From an uncultured virus (IMG/VR IMGVR_UViG_3300031628_000001) (lineage: Duplodnaviria > Heunggongvirae > Uroviricota > Caudoviricetes > Crassvirales): 64,000 bases of DNA. The notes under the pieces were generated by a model, which saw only the letters and a list, made by a program, of their open reading frames with translations, was not told where the DNA came from and searched no databases. Positions 1-8,005 of this stretch are shown piece by piece. The stretch lies in the IMG/VR virus record IMGVR_UViG_3300031628_000001, positions 1 through 64,000 of that record, one strand, 5' to 3'. Every line of letters starts with the position of its first letter. The stretch's first letter is position 1. The position numbers and the translations under genes were made by a program.

Positions 1-86
1 AAATACTAGAAATGATTAACTTCCATTATACAGAGTGTAGATATGAATTACCATATGATTTCTTAAAAGGAAATGTACATTTATAA
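1..86 (+). CDS. 3' end of a gene truncated by the window edge (hypothetical)
   Basis: Frame 3 is open from the window start: ILEMINFHYTECRYELPYDFLKGNVHL*. TAA ends at 86, 3 nt before the next ATG. Confidence 0.55.
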   Translation, partial: ILEMINFHYTECRYELPYDFLKGNVHL

Positions 87-89
87 TTA

Positions 90-710
90 ATGTTTATCAC
101 TGTAAGTATAACTAATACAAAAAGTTTGAAAGACTTATATAAAGATTATTTTCAAAAAAGCAAAGTCTTCCTTTACCCTCTACTAAACATAAAGAAGGGG
201 GTAAAGTTTGTACCTTGTGAAACCTACATGAGTTGGGATGATGTATATAATATAGAGGACTATCATTTAGTATGTATTTATGATATTCCTGATAAACAAC
301 TATCTAGTTTTAAGTTATTTGAAGAGAAGTATATAATAACTAATAAAAGCTACAAAGCAAAATTTAATTTAGAGTATGAAAATAAAATAGCAGTTATATT
401 TGACTTAACTAAGTATAAATATGACATAAATAGATTAATTAAAGGAGAGTATTCAAAAATATCATTAAAAACAAAAGAACTAATTACTGAATTCTTTGGT
501 GAGCATGGAAAAATTGCAGAATATGTAGAAAGTTTCTTACATCCAATATATTGGCATGAAGATTATGCAGCATTATTAGCTGTAGACATTAAATACATAC
601 ATGAAGTGCATGAATTATGTGACTTACCTAACCTAGAAAAAGAGTGTTTCAAATATAACTCTAATGAATTACAACTATTTAAGCAAAAGTTTATATCTTT
701 GCAGAGTTAA
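90..710 (+). CDS. hypothetical phage protein, 206 aa
   Basis: Long ORF tightly packed in the + strand operon; no recognised catalytic motif. Confidence 0.75.
   Translation: MFITVSITNTKSLKDLYKDYFQKSKVFLYPLLNIKKGVKFVPCETYMSWDDVYNIEDYHLVCIYDIPDKQLSSFKLFEEKYIITNKSYKAKFNLEYENKIAVIFDLTKYKYDINRLIKGEYSKISLKTKELITEFFGEHGKIAEYVESFLHPIYWHEDYAALLAVDIKYIHEVHELCDLPNLEKECFKYNSNELQLFKQKFISLQS
694..701 (+). promoter_or_regulatory. Bacteroidota-type sigma70 -7 element (TATCTTTG)
   Basis: Matches TAnnTTTG 26 nt upstream of the ATG at 728; no clear -33 TTTG. Confidence 0.5.
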
Positions 711-727
711 CAAATTAAATTTAAATT

Positions 728-1186
728 ATGGCAAAAAAAGTAAATTCTACTATCAATGTAGAGAAAAGCATGTTATTGATCTCATCAAATTGGGGTCCTT
801 ACAAGTCTTTTAAAGCAATTCCAATTAACCCAGATTGCCCTTATATGGAAGCAATCTTTGATCCAAGCAGTAAAATACTTGCAGTGATCTCAAAACAATG
901 TAAACAATCTTATCATATGCTACCAAAGCTTGATGATAATGGTGATCCACAAAAATTAAAATTAGGAAAACGTGAAAATGGAAAAGATTTCAGAGAAGAA
1001 AGAAGGCTAATAGAAACATATGCTGAATACTATCTATCTGAAAAATCTGAAATTGAAACATTCCTTAATGGCTTTTGTTTAAATGCAGACAGCTTCAACT
1101 TTGTTGAACATATTGAAAAAGAGTTAGAAAATCAAGTTCAGGCACAACCTGCTATGATGGAGTCTAACATGAGTGTTATTAAATAA
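728..1186 (+). CDS. hypothetical phage protein, 152 aa
   Basis: ORF with an AT-rich leader, followed by an intrinsic terminator. Confidence 0.75.
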   Translation: MAKKVNSTINVEKSMLLISSNWGPYKSFKAIPINPDCPYMEAIFDPSSKILAVISKQCKQSYHMLPKLDDNGDPQKLKLGKRENGKDFREERRLIETYAEYYLSEKSEIETFLNGFCLNADSFNFVEHIEKELENQVQAQPAMMESNMSVIK

Positions 1187-1205
1187 CATTATATAAATTG
1201 ACATG

Positions 1206-1232
1206 AAAAGGGGCCTAGTGTCCCTTTTTTTT
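1206..1232 (+). terminator. rho-independent terminator
   Basis: AAAAGGGGC-CTAGT-GTCCC followed by T8: GC-rich stem plus U-tract, 20 nt after the stop at 1186. Confidence 0.8.
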
Positions 1233-1249
1233 GTCTTAAATTATAAATC

Positions 1250-1444
1250 ATGGAAGAATCAGACATAGAATATTTACTTAAAAGAAACATGTGGATAGAA
1301 GTTTATCCATCAGGAAGCTTTTGGAAAGCTAATGTTTATAAAAGAACAAAGTTAGGTCCGTGGAGAAAATCATCATCTACAAAGAAAAAAACACCACAGG
1401 CATGTTATGAGTGGTTAGAGTTAAAATTTGAAAAAATTAAATAA
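1250..1444 (+). CDS. small hypothetical protein, 64 aa
   Basis: ORF track; AT-rich leader typical of Bacteroidota translation starts. Confidence 0.65.
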   Translation: MEESDIEYLLKRNMWIEVYPSGSFWKANVYKRTKLGPWRKSSSTKKKTPQACYEWLELKFEKIK

Positions 1445-1452
1445 ATAATATT

Positions 1453-1566
1453 ATGAATAGATACGAGTGTAATTGTGGAGAAAGCTCTCCTACTCCAAGT
1501 GGTAAGTTATGTGCAAGTTGTGGTGGAACTATAAAATCTTCTAATATTGTAGTAATATGGCCATGA
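1453..1566 (+). CDS. 37-aa zinc-ribbon-like microprotein (not in ORF track)
   Basis: MNRYECNCGESSPTPSGKLCASCGGTIKSSNIVVIWP*; CxC...CxxC. Its TGA overlaps the ATG at 1563 (ATGA coupling). Confidence 0.6.
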   Translation: MNRYECNCGESSPTPSGKLCASCGGTIKSSNIVVIWP

Positions 1567-3467
1567 ATCACTGGGTCATGGATTATGAAACTTTATGTAA
1601 TTGTTTTGTAGCAGTATTTAAACATTATAAAACTGAAGAGACACACGTCTTTTCTATATGTAAACTACAAAATGATTATCCAAAGTTTAGTGAATTCCTA
1701 AAACAAAATCTTGAAGAAAAAGAGTGGCACATATCCTATAATGGATTAGCATTTGATGCACAAGTGACCCACAATATAATAAAAAATCATAAGAACTTAT
1801 TGCTAATGGATGGTGAATCTATTGCTGAGGAAATATATGGTTATGCACAGAGAGCAATCACTAACTCTAACAATAAAGAGTTTCATGATTTTCCTGAGTG
1901 GAACATGACTATACAACAAATTGATGTTTTTAAACTTAATCACTGGGATAATCCTGCTAAACGTTCTAGTTTAAAATGGATTGAATATACTATGGATTGG
2001 GATAATATTCTTGATATGCCAATACATCATGAAACAAAAATAGAGACTCAACAACAATTAAGTCTTATAATTGGATATTGTATTAATGATGTAGACGCAA
2101 CTAAAGAGATCTTTAATAGATCTAAACCTTTAATCAAATTAAGAAAAAATCTTACTGATCAATATAACATTAATCTATACAGTGCATCTGAACCACGTAT
2201 CAGTAAAGAGTTATTTGCATATTATTTAAGCAAAGAACTTAAGATACCAAAGTATGAACTTAAAAAACTAAGAACATTTAGAAGTGTTATTAAGATTGAT
2301 GGACTTATACTTGACTATATTAAGTTTGAAACACCTGAATTTAAAAATCTTCTAGAAAGATTTAAAGCTGTTGAGTTGGACCCGCTTCATACTAAAGGAG
2401 GTTTTAAGTACTCTGTTAAGTATAAAGGAGTTAAGACAGATTTTGGTTTAGGAGGAGCTCATGGAGCAGCTAGACCTGGTGTTTATGAATCTGATGAAGA
2501 GAATATTATAATGTCATCTGATGTTACAAGTTTCTATCCAAACTTAGCTATCATGAATAAGATTGCACCTGCACATCTAGATAATAAAGCATTTTGTGAA
2601 CTATATGAATGGTTCTTTGAGGAGAGAAAGAAAATCCCTAAGAGTAACCCTATGAATTATGTATATAAAATTATACTTAATAGTACATATGGTTTATCTA
2701 ATGACAAGAACTCTTTCCTGTATGACCCGCAGTTTACTATGTTTATTACTGTAAATGGTCAATTGACATTAATGATGCTTTATGAAATGATAATGCTTGC
2801 AATACCTGAAGCTATTCCTTTATTACAAAACACTGATGGTGTTGAGACAATCATACCTAGGTCTAAAATTGACTTATATATGGAAGTATGCAAAAAATGG
2901 GAAGAAATAACTAATCTTAATCTTGAACATGATCAATATAAAAAGATAGTTCTTGCTGATGTTAATAATTATATTGCAATAAATAATGATGGTGAAACAA
3001 AATGTAAGGGAAGATTTGAATTTAAGAATTTAGCACTTCACAAGAATAAATCAAAACTTATAATACCAAAAGCTATCTACTCATATTTTGTTAATGGAAT
3101 ATTACCTGAAGATACAATAAATCAAAATAAAAACATATTAGATTATTGCATAGGAGGGAAATCCAAGGGTAACTGGAAACAAATAGCAAGATCAATTAAA
3201 GATGGTCATCCATATGAAGAGGAACTTCAGAAAATTAATAGATATTTTATTTCTAATAAAGGTGTTAAAATAACTAAAGTAAATAAGACTGATAATAGAG
3301 AAATACAATTAGAAGCTGGTCGTTGGTTACAAACAGTAAACAACAACATGATAGAACAAGAATGGGAAAATTATGACATCAATCAAAAGTATTACTTAGA
3401 TGCTATTGAGAGAGAAATAAATAACATTCTGGGAGTTAAAACAAACCAAATAAGTTTGTTTGATTAA
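1557..3467 (+). CDS. polB: family B DNA polymerase (true start probably 1563)
   Basis: Exo motifs DYE, YNGLAFD and YCINDV; polymerase motifs SSDVTSFYP, YKIILNSTYG and QNTDG. Confidence 0.92.
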   Translation: MAMNHWVMDYETLCNCFVAVFKHYKTEETHVFSICKLQNDYPKFSEFLKQNLEEKEWHISYNGLAFDAQVTHNIIKNHKNLLLMDGESIAEEIYGYAQRAITNSNNKEFHDFPEWNMTIQQIDVFKLNHWDNPAKRSSLKWIEYTMDWDNILDMPIHHETKIETQQQLSLIIGYCINDVDATKEIFNRSKPLIKLRKNLTDQYNINLYSASEPRISKELFAYYLSKELKIPKYELKKLRTFRSVIKIDGLILDYIKFETPEFKNLLERFKAVELDPLHTKGGFKYSVKYKGVKTDFGLGGAHGAARPGVYESDEENIIMSSDVTSFYPNLAIMNKIAPAHLDNKAFCELYEWFFEERKKIPKSNPMNYVYKIILNSTYGLSNDKNSFLYDPQFTMFITVNGQLTLMMLYEMIMLAIPEAIPLLQNTDGVETIIPRSKIDLYMEVCKKWEEITNLNLEHDQYKKIVLADVNNYIAINNDGETKCKGRFEFKNLALHKNKSKLIIPKAIYSYFVNGILPEDTINQNKNILDYCIGGKSKGNWKQIARSIKDGHPYEEELQKINRYFISNKGVKITKVNKTDNREIQLEAGRWLQTVNNNMIEQEWENYDINQKYYLDAIEREINNILGVKTNQISLFD

Positions 3468-3485
3468 AATTAATTTATATATTTG
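3455..3485 (+). promoter_or_regulatory. Bacteroidota-type -33/-7 promoter
   Basis: TTTG (3455-3458), 19-nt spacer, TATATTTG (3478-3485): matches TTTG-N19-21-TAnnTTTG, 14 nt upstream of ATG 3500. Confidence 0.65.
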
Positions 3486-3499
3486 TAAAAAATAAGGAT

Positions 3500-4369
3500 A
3501 TGGGATATACAAAACCAACAACAATTACTGAGGTAGATTTATGCAATGCAGAACTACCAACACACGGAAAAACTTACACAGTTATTCCACATAGAAGCAT
3601 CATAGATTATACAGATAATCTATTAAAAGAGAATAACTTTGTTATAAAGAATAAGTCATTCAGATCTAATGCAGGTGCAAAAGTAGTACAAGGTATTTAT
3701 CAAATAGTAAGTACACATGATGATGATTTAGGTATGATGTTTGCCTGGACAAACTCATATGATAAAAGCACAAGGTTTCAGTGTGGAATAGGAGCATATG
3801 TATTTGTTTGCAATAATGGTATGATTCATGGTGACATGGCTTCATATGCAAGAAAACATACTGGAACAGCAGATTTAGATGTTCAAAGTCAAATTGGTTC
3901 ACAAGTTAAATATGCACATAAGCATTTTAATCAATTAATTCAAGATAAAGATCAATTTAAGAATCATACTCTTTCAAGAAAAGATCAATCTGAGTTACTA
4001 GGTCGTTTATTTATTGAAGAAGAAATTATTGATGCAACACAAATGTCAACAATAAAAAGAGAAATGAATAAACCAACTTTTAATTATAGTTGTTCATTAA
4101 ATAATGCATGGTCATTTTATAATCATGTTACACATGCTCTTAAGTCATCTCATCCAAGGTCATGGATGTCTAATCAACAAAAATTTCATAAATTTATGAC
4201 TACTGAATTATTAAGTCACTTAAACATTAAAAACAGAGATGTTTCAGAATTTTTATTAAAAAATTATAAAGCAGGTCACTTAGATGATAATATAATTGAT
4301 GTAGATTTAAATAGTTTAGCTGACATGGAAGCACAAGATTATGATACATTTAAAGATTTTAAAATTTAA
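3500..4369 (+). CDS. DUF932-like protein
   Basis: Motifs YTVIPH, NSYDKS, VFVCNNG, RKHT and WSFYNHVT, characteristic of the DUF932 family. Confidence 0.75.
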   Translation: MGYTKPTTITEVDLCNAELPTHGKTYTVIPHRSIIDYTDNLLKENNFVIKNKSFRSNAGAKVVQGIYQIVSTHDDDLGMMFAWTNSYDKSTRFQCGIGAYVFVCNNGMIHGDMASYARKHTGTADLDVQSQIGSQVKYAHKHFNQLIQDKDQFKNHTLSRKDQSELLGRLFIEEEIIDATQMSTIKREMNKPTFNYSCSLNNAWSFYNHVTHALKSSHPRSWMSNQQKFHKFMTTELLSHLNIKNRDVSEFLLKNYKAGHLDDNIIDVDLNSLADMEAQDYDTFKDFKI

Positions 4370-4373
4370 TCAC

Positions 4374-4448
4374 TGACATGATTGTCATATAGAAGAAGGC
4401 TGACTAGCAAGGGTGTACTACTCTAGAGTGAAAAGCCTTCCCTATATG
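4374..4448 (+). ncRNA. candidate structured intergenic RNA (extended hairpin)
   Basis: CATATAG(4386-92)/CTATATG(4442-48), GAAGGCT(4395-4401)/AGCCTTC(4434-40), CTAG/CTAG inner stem; alternative small hairpin TGACA/TGTCA at 4374-4387. Confidence 0.35.
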
Positions 4449-4471
4449 TTTAACCTTAACTCAATACCATA

Positions 4472-4615
4472 ATGACAAAAAAAAGAAAATTAAATAGTAA
4501 GAACCCTAAGTACTTAAATAGAGATAAATTATCTCAAGAAAGTAAAGAAGAAAAAAAATTAGAATGTGTAACTCAGAATGGCGTAAAAGTTTACTCAGTA
4601 TGGACAAAAAAATAA
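4472..4615 (+). CDS. 47-aa basic hypothetical protein (not in ORF track)
   Basis: MTKKRKLNSKNPKYLNRDKLSQESKEEKKLECVTQNGVKVYSVWTKK*; fills the gap and ends 5 nt before ATG 4621. Confidence 0.6.
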   Translation: MTKKRKLNSKNPKYLNRDKLSQESKEEKKLECVTQNGVKVYSVWTKK

Positions 4616-4620
4616 ATATT

Positions 4621-4791
4621 ATGAAATGTATTATATGTAATAATATTATAGAAGGTTATGGAAATAATCCTGCACCTGTTAAAAATTCAGAAGATGGTAG
4701 TGTATGTAATAAATGTTATTTAGAAATTGTATTACCTGCAAGATTATCTTTACCTGAATTTAATGTTGACTTTAAAAATGTTAAAAAATGA
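4621..4791 (+). CDS. small Zn-finger-like protein, 56 aa
   Basis: MKCIIC...GYGNNPAPV...VCNKC, i.e. two CxxC pairs; start revised from 4564. Confidence 0.65.
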   Translation: MKCIICNNIIEGYGNNPAPVKNSEDGSVCNKCYLEIVLPARLSLPEFNVDFKNVKK

Positions 4792-5069
4792 GAACAGAAT
4801 ATAAAATTAAAAAAATAATGAGTGAGGTTACTAGTCTTTTATTAAGTAAAAATGAAAGTTATGGTGACTCAGCTACAAATCCCTGTAATATATTTGGGAA
4901 TGGTTCAGCTAAAGAAAATATATGTGCAAGGATAGATGATAAACTTGCACGTATTCAAAATGCTGGTTTATGTCCAGCAACATATGATACTATAGATGAT
5001 CTTATAGGTTACCTATGTTTACTAAAAATTTCTATAGATGATACAAAAAATAAGAAGGAAGACATTTAA
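4788..5069 (+). CDS. DUF1599 / nucleotide-modification-associated domain 1 (Nmad1)-like protein
   Basis: KNESYGDS, RIDDKLARI and DTIDDLIGY motifs of this all-alpha family. Confidence 0.7.
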   Translation: MRTEYKIKKIMSEVTSLLLSKNESYGDSATNPCNIFGNGSAKENICARIDDKLARIQNAGLCPATYDTIDDLIGYLCLLKISIDDTKNKKEDI

Positions 5070-5898
5070 AATAAGAGAATCTGGTAGATCTACAGATTTT
5101 ATAAGTCCAAGTTTTGGACACGGTTGTCTTTATGATTGTAGCTATTGCTACATGAAAAGACATAAGCCAAAAGGATTAACTGTTGCAACTAACACAGGTG
5201 ACATCCTAACAGAAGTTAATAATCATGCATATTTCTCAACTGTTAAAAAACCTAATCAAACACACGCAGATTTTGTTACATATGATATAAGTTGTAATGA
5301 AGATTTTGCTTTACATGCTAAATATCATGAGTGGGAAAGAATATTTGAGTTTTTTAAAGATCATCCTATTGCTATGGGGTCTTTTGCAACTAAATATGTA
5401 AATAAAAAATTACTATCATTTAATCCTGAAGGTAAGATAAGAATCAGATTCAGCCTTATGCCACAAAAGATGGCTGATATACATGAACCTAATACATCTA
5501 AAATTACTGATAGAATTAAAGCAATTAATACTTTTATAGAAGCAGGATATGACGTACACATAAATTTTTCTCCAGTCATTATTACAGATACTTGGTTAGA
5601 AGACTATGAAATGCTGTTTAAAGAAGTTAATAGCTTAGTAGAAAAAAAGAATAAAGATAAAGTTAAGTCTGAAGTTATATTTCTTACACACAATTTTAAA
5701 AAGCATATAGTTAATACAGAAAATCATCCTGAGACAGAGATTACACTATGGAAACCAGAAATTCAAGAAACTAAAATATCACAATATGGTGGAGAAAATA
5801 TAAGATATGAATACAGATTTAAAAGAAAGAGTATAAAACAATTTAAAGAACTACATAATGAAATTATACCCTGGAACACAATTAGATATATTTTTTAA
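5038..5898 (+). CDS. splB: spore photoproduct lyase-like radical SAM protein
   Basis: CxxxCxxC (GCLYDCSYCY), SFATK, RIRFSLMP, HEPNTS, RIKAINTFIEAGYDVHINFSPVI and C-terminal RYIF, all resembling SplB. Confidence 0.8.
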   Translation: MIQKIRRKTFKIRESGRSTDFISPSFGHGCLYDCSYCYMKRHKPKGLTVATNTGDILTEVNNHAYFSTVKKPNQTHADFVTYDISCNEDFALHAKYHEWERIFEFFKDHPIAMGSFATKYVNKKLLSFNPEGKIRIRFSLMPQKMADIHEPNTSKITDRIKAINTFIEAGYDVHINFSPVIITDTWLEDYEMLFKEVNSLVEKKNKDKVKSEVIFLTHNFKKHIVNTENHPETEITLWKPEIQETKISQYGGENIRYEYRFKRKSIKQFKELHNEIIPWNTIRYIF

Positions 5899-5910
5899 TT
5901 AAAGAACGCT

Positions 5911-5996
5911 TATATATAGGTTTTGACTTCCATAAACCAACTTTTTCCTATATATGAAAGAACCCAGTAGCTTAATAGCCGCTGGGTTTGTTCTTT
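5911..5996. terminator. hairpin pair at convergent junction (candidate bidirectional terminator)
   Basis: TATATATAGG/CCTATATATG stem (5911-5956), then AACCCAG...CTGGGTT flanked by AAAG and TGTTCTTT (5957-5996). Confidence 0.45.
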
Positions 5997-6211
5997 AACA
6001 TCTTTAAATATTCAGCATGTGATCTACCTGCATGTACTGTACCATCAGGCATTTTATGAGTATCACCTCCATTTTTCATAATCATAGCACAATCAGACTT
6101 AGGAATTGTTCTTTTAGAATTATTAAGCTTTTTAACTCTACTCACACGGTTTTGCCTCATAATAGAATTTAACTTATTATTAGACACTGGATTTTTATTT
6201 GACATTGCCAC
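5972..6211 (-). CDS. small basic protein with His motif, 79 aa
   Basis: Contains MKNGG and THKMPDGTVHAGRSH. Confidence 0.6.
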   Translation of the reverse strand: MAMSNKNPVSNNKLNSIMRQNRVSRVKKLNNSKRTIPKSDCAMIMKNGGDTHKMPDGTVHAGRSHAEYLKMLKNKPSGY

Positions 6212-6713
6212 CTTTTTTATAGGCTTTTAATGCTGCTTGGTAATTAGTAGTACCTCCTTGTTTCCTGATATTTTTCTTTATGGGAGATGAACTACCATCA
6301 TGTTCTACTATTTTTCTTCTAGGGTCTATATCTTTTTCATTTGATCTAAATATATTACCTATTCTTGTTCCAATATTTCCAAGCATAGATCTTGAATCAA
6401 CAGAAGCATAACTATTATCACGCATACTTTCTCCTGAAGGCATAAATCCTTCACCTCCTGAAGTGATCCCCATAGCTCCATCATTTGTAATTGCACCAGC
6501 ATCATATGCAGCACGAGTTTTATCAGCAGGCCATATTGGTGTAGGATTAGTAATTTGTACATTCTCATCTGATATAACTGGTTGCCTAGGTCCCATTATT
6601 GCTGAATTATATCCTGGTGCTACGTTGTACTCACCAATATCTTGAGCTTTTATTTTACGGTGTTCTACACCTTTATGTGCTTTATTTAAAGCAATTCTAT
6701 AGTTATTTTTCAT
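6195..6713 (-). CDS. hypothetical protein, 172 aa, with KAQ/KxGG motifs
   Basis: KIKAQ, RKQGG and YKKGG; co-oriented and overlapping its neighbour. Confidence 0.65.
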   Translation of the reverse strand: MKNNYRIALNKAHKGVEHRKIKAQDIGEYNVAPGYNSAIMGPRQPVISDENVQITNPTPIWPADKTRAAYDAGAITNDGAMGITSGGEGFMPSGESMRDNSYASVDSRSMLGNIGTRIGNIFRSNEKDIDPRRKIVEHDGSSSPIKKNIRKQGGTTNYQAALKAYKKGGNVK

Positions 6714-6723
6714 AATAAATTAT

Positions 6724-6804
6724 TTATTTTTTACAGCTTTCTTGATGTGAACCATCACAGGTCCCATCTTCAGCTTTTGTTTTACCACATTTGCACTTTG
6801 CCAT
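6724..6804 (-). CDS. 26-aa CDGSH iron-sulfur microprotein (not in ORF track)
   Basis: MAKCKCGKTKAEDGTCDGSHQESCKK*; CxCxxT...CDGSH signature; fills the gap between two genes. Confidence 0.7.
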   Translation of the reverse strand: MAKCKCGKTKAEDGTCDGSHQESCKK

Positions 6805-6805
6805 G

Positions 6806-7027
6806 TTATAAGGATTCTAAATCATCTTTTTTATCTTTCTTTACTACAACTTTCTTAACTTCAGGTTTAACGTCTTCAATTTTTTCAATGTAACTAGTTA
6901 ATCCTAAATCATATGCTTCTTTCATTTGTTCTTGACCTTTAGGACTTGTTTTAATTTTTCTCCAATTAAAAACTCTACCCTTTGATTGTGTTTGATCAAA
7001 CTCTGTAATTACTTTATACTTTGCCAT
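6806..7027 (-). CDS. hypothetical protein, 73 aa
   Basis: TAATG-coupled to the upstream holin. Confidence 0.65.
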   Translation of the reverse strand: MAKYKVITEFDQTQSKGRVFNWRKIKTSPKGQEQMKEAYDLGLTSYIEKIEDVKPEVKKVVVKKDKKDDLESL

Positions 7028-7422
7028 TATTTTTTGGTTTTTTCTAGTGAACGGCCACCAAAGTAGGCACCTATCACTGTTATTAATACTAACTGCAGTA
7101 GGTCAGTCCATTTAGCTTCTACTACAAAATTTATTACTCCAGCATCAATAAATATTAATAGCACTGTAGCTACTACTAAGAATATTAATACTAACGGTCT
7201 GACATTTTTACTTAACCAAGAGTCAGAAGCCATATCAGCTGACCATCTGCTAGATATTTCTTTCTCCATATCAGTCTCATACTTAGCTATAAGCTCTTTT
7301 ACTTTTAATTCAGCTGCTAGCTTTTCATCTTTAGATGTATGAAGGTTATCTATAACTCCTCCTACACTTTTAACAAGTTCACCTGCACCTGCTGAAAATA
7401 TTTTTCCTAATATATTTGCCAT
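7027..7422 (-). CDS. 3TM (GTA-type) holin-like protein
   Basis: RWSADMASDSWLSKNVRP, two hydrophobic helices and AYFGGRSLEK, typical of the GTA_holin_3TM family. Confidence 0.8.
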   Translation of the reverse strand: MANILGKIFSAGAGELVKSVGGVIDNLHTSKDEKLAAELKVKELIAKYETDMEKEISSRWSADMASDSWLSKNVRPLVLIFLVVATVLLIFIDAGVINFVVEAKWTDLLQLVLITVIGAYFGGRSLEKTKK

Positions 7423-7613
7423 TATATTTTATTAAATTTTTTTCTCATTTTTAATCCTTCTATCATTGATCCACCCATACTTCCTTTATATAAATCTCCT
7501 CCTGGTTTTAACCTTTTAGCTAAAGCTTTACGTCTTGGTGTACAAGTTGCTTTAGTCATTGGAGTACAATATCCTTTATGATCAGGATTAATACCCATAA
7601 ATTTTTTAGCCAT
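7422..7613 (-). CDS. small basic hypothetical protein, 63 aa
   Basis: HKGYCTPMTKATCTPRRKALAK; TAATG overlaps on both sides. Confidence 0.65.
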   Translation of the reverse strand: MAKKFMGINPDHKGYCTPMTKATCTPRRKALAKRLKPGGDLYKGSMGGSMIEGLKMRKKFNKI

Positions 7614-7984
7614 TATGCTGCTGTAAAATAAGAAAATTCAATTGTACTTATTCCTGATGCAGTAACAGATTCAACATCTAACCCTAAATTTTGTTCAATA
7701 GGAAGAAAACACCAATCACTTGGTGCTAACTCTATAATATTTGTACCACCTATTGTTTTTATATTTATACTATCAGCAGTATTTATTGCACCAGTATTTC
7801 TTGCATATAGATATACTTTACTTGCATTTGTAGGTACTAAAGTAGCTGCTGTTGTAGTTACATTTAAAGTACCTGATTCAATTGCAGGATTTCTTACAAC
7901 TAATGTTGAAGTATGATTTATTAATAAAGGTTCTGAAGTTATTCCAGCTCCAGATAAAATTATTTGAGAGTTAATAGTTGCCAT
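7613..7984 (-). CDS. putative beta-rich structural protein, 123 aa
   Basis: Thr/Ser-rich beta pattern; paralogous to 8006..8731. Confidence 0.55.
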   Translation of the reverse strand: MATINSQIILSGAGITSEPLLINHTSTLVVRNPAIESGTLNVTTTAATLVPTNASKVYLYARNTGAINTADSINIKTIGGTNIIELAPSDWCFLPIEQNLGLDVESVTASGISTIEFSYFTAA

Positions 7985-8005
7985 TTTTTTTTATTTATTT
8001 AATTG

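Noticed and set aside
4395..4440. Hammerhead ribozyme (CTGA...GAAA present)
   Set aside because: The core reads CUGACUA rather than CUGANGA and the three-stem topology cannot be built.
4564..4620. ORF-track start at 4564 for the Zn-finger ORF
   Set aside because: It overlaps a better 47-aa ORF (4472-4615); ATG 4621 directly begins the CxxC domain.
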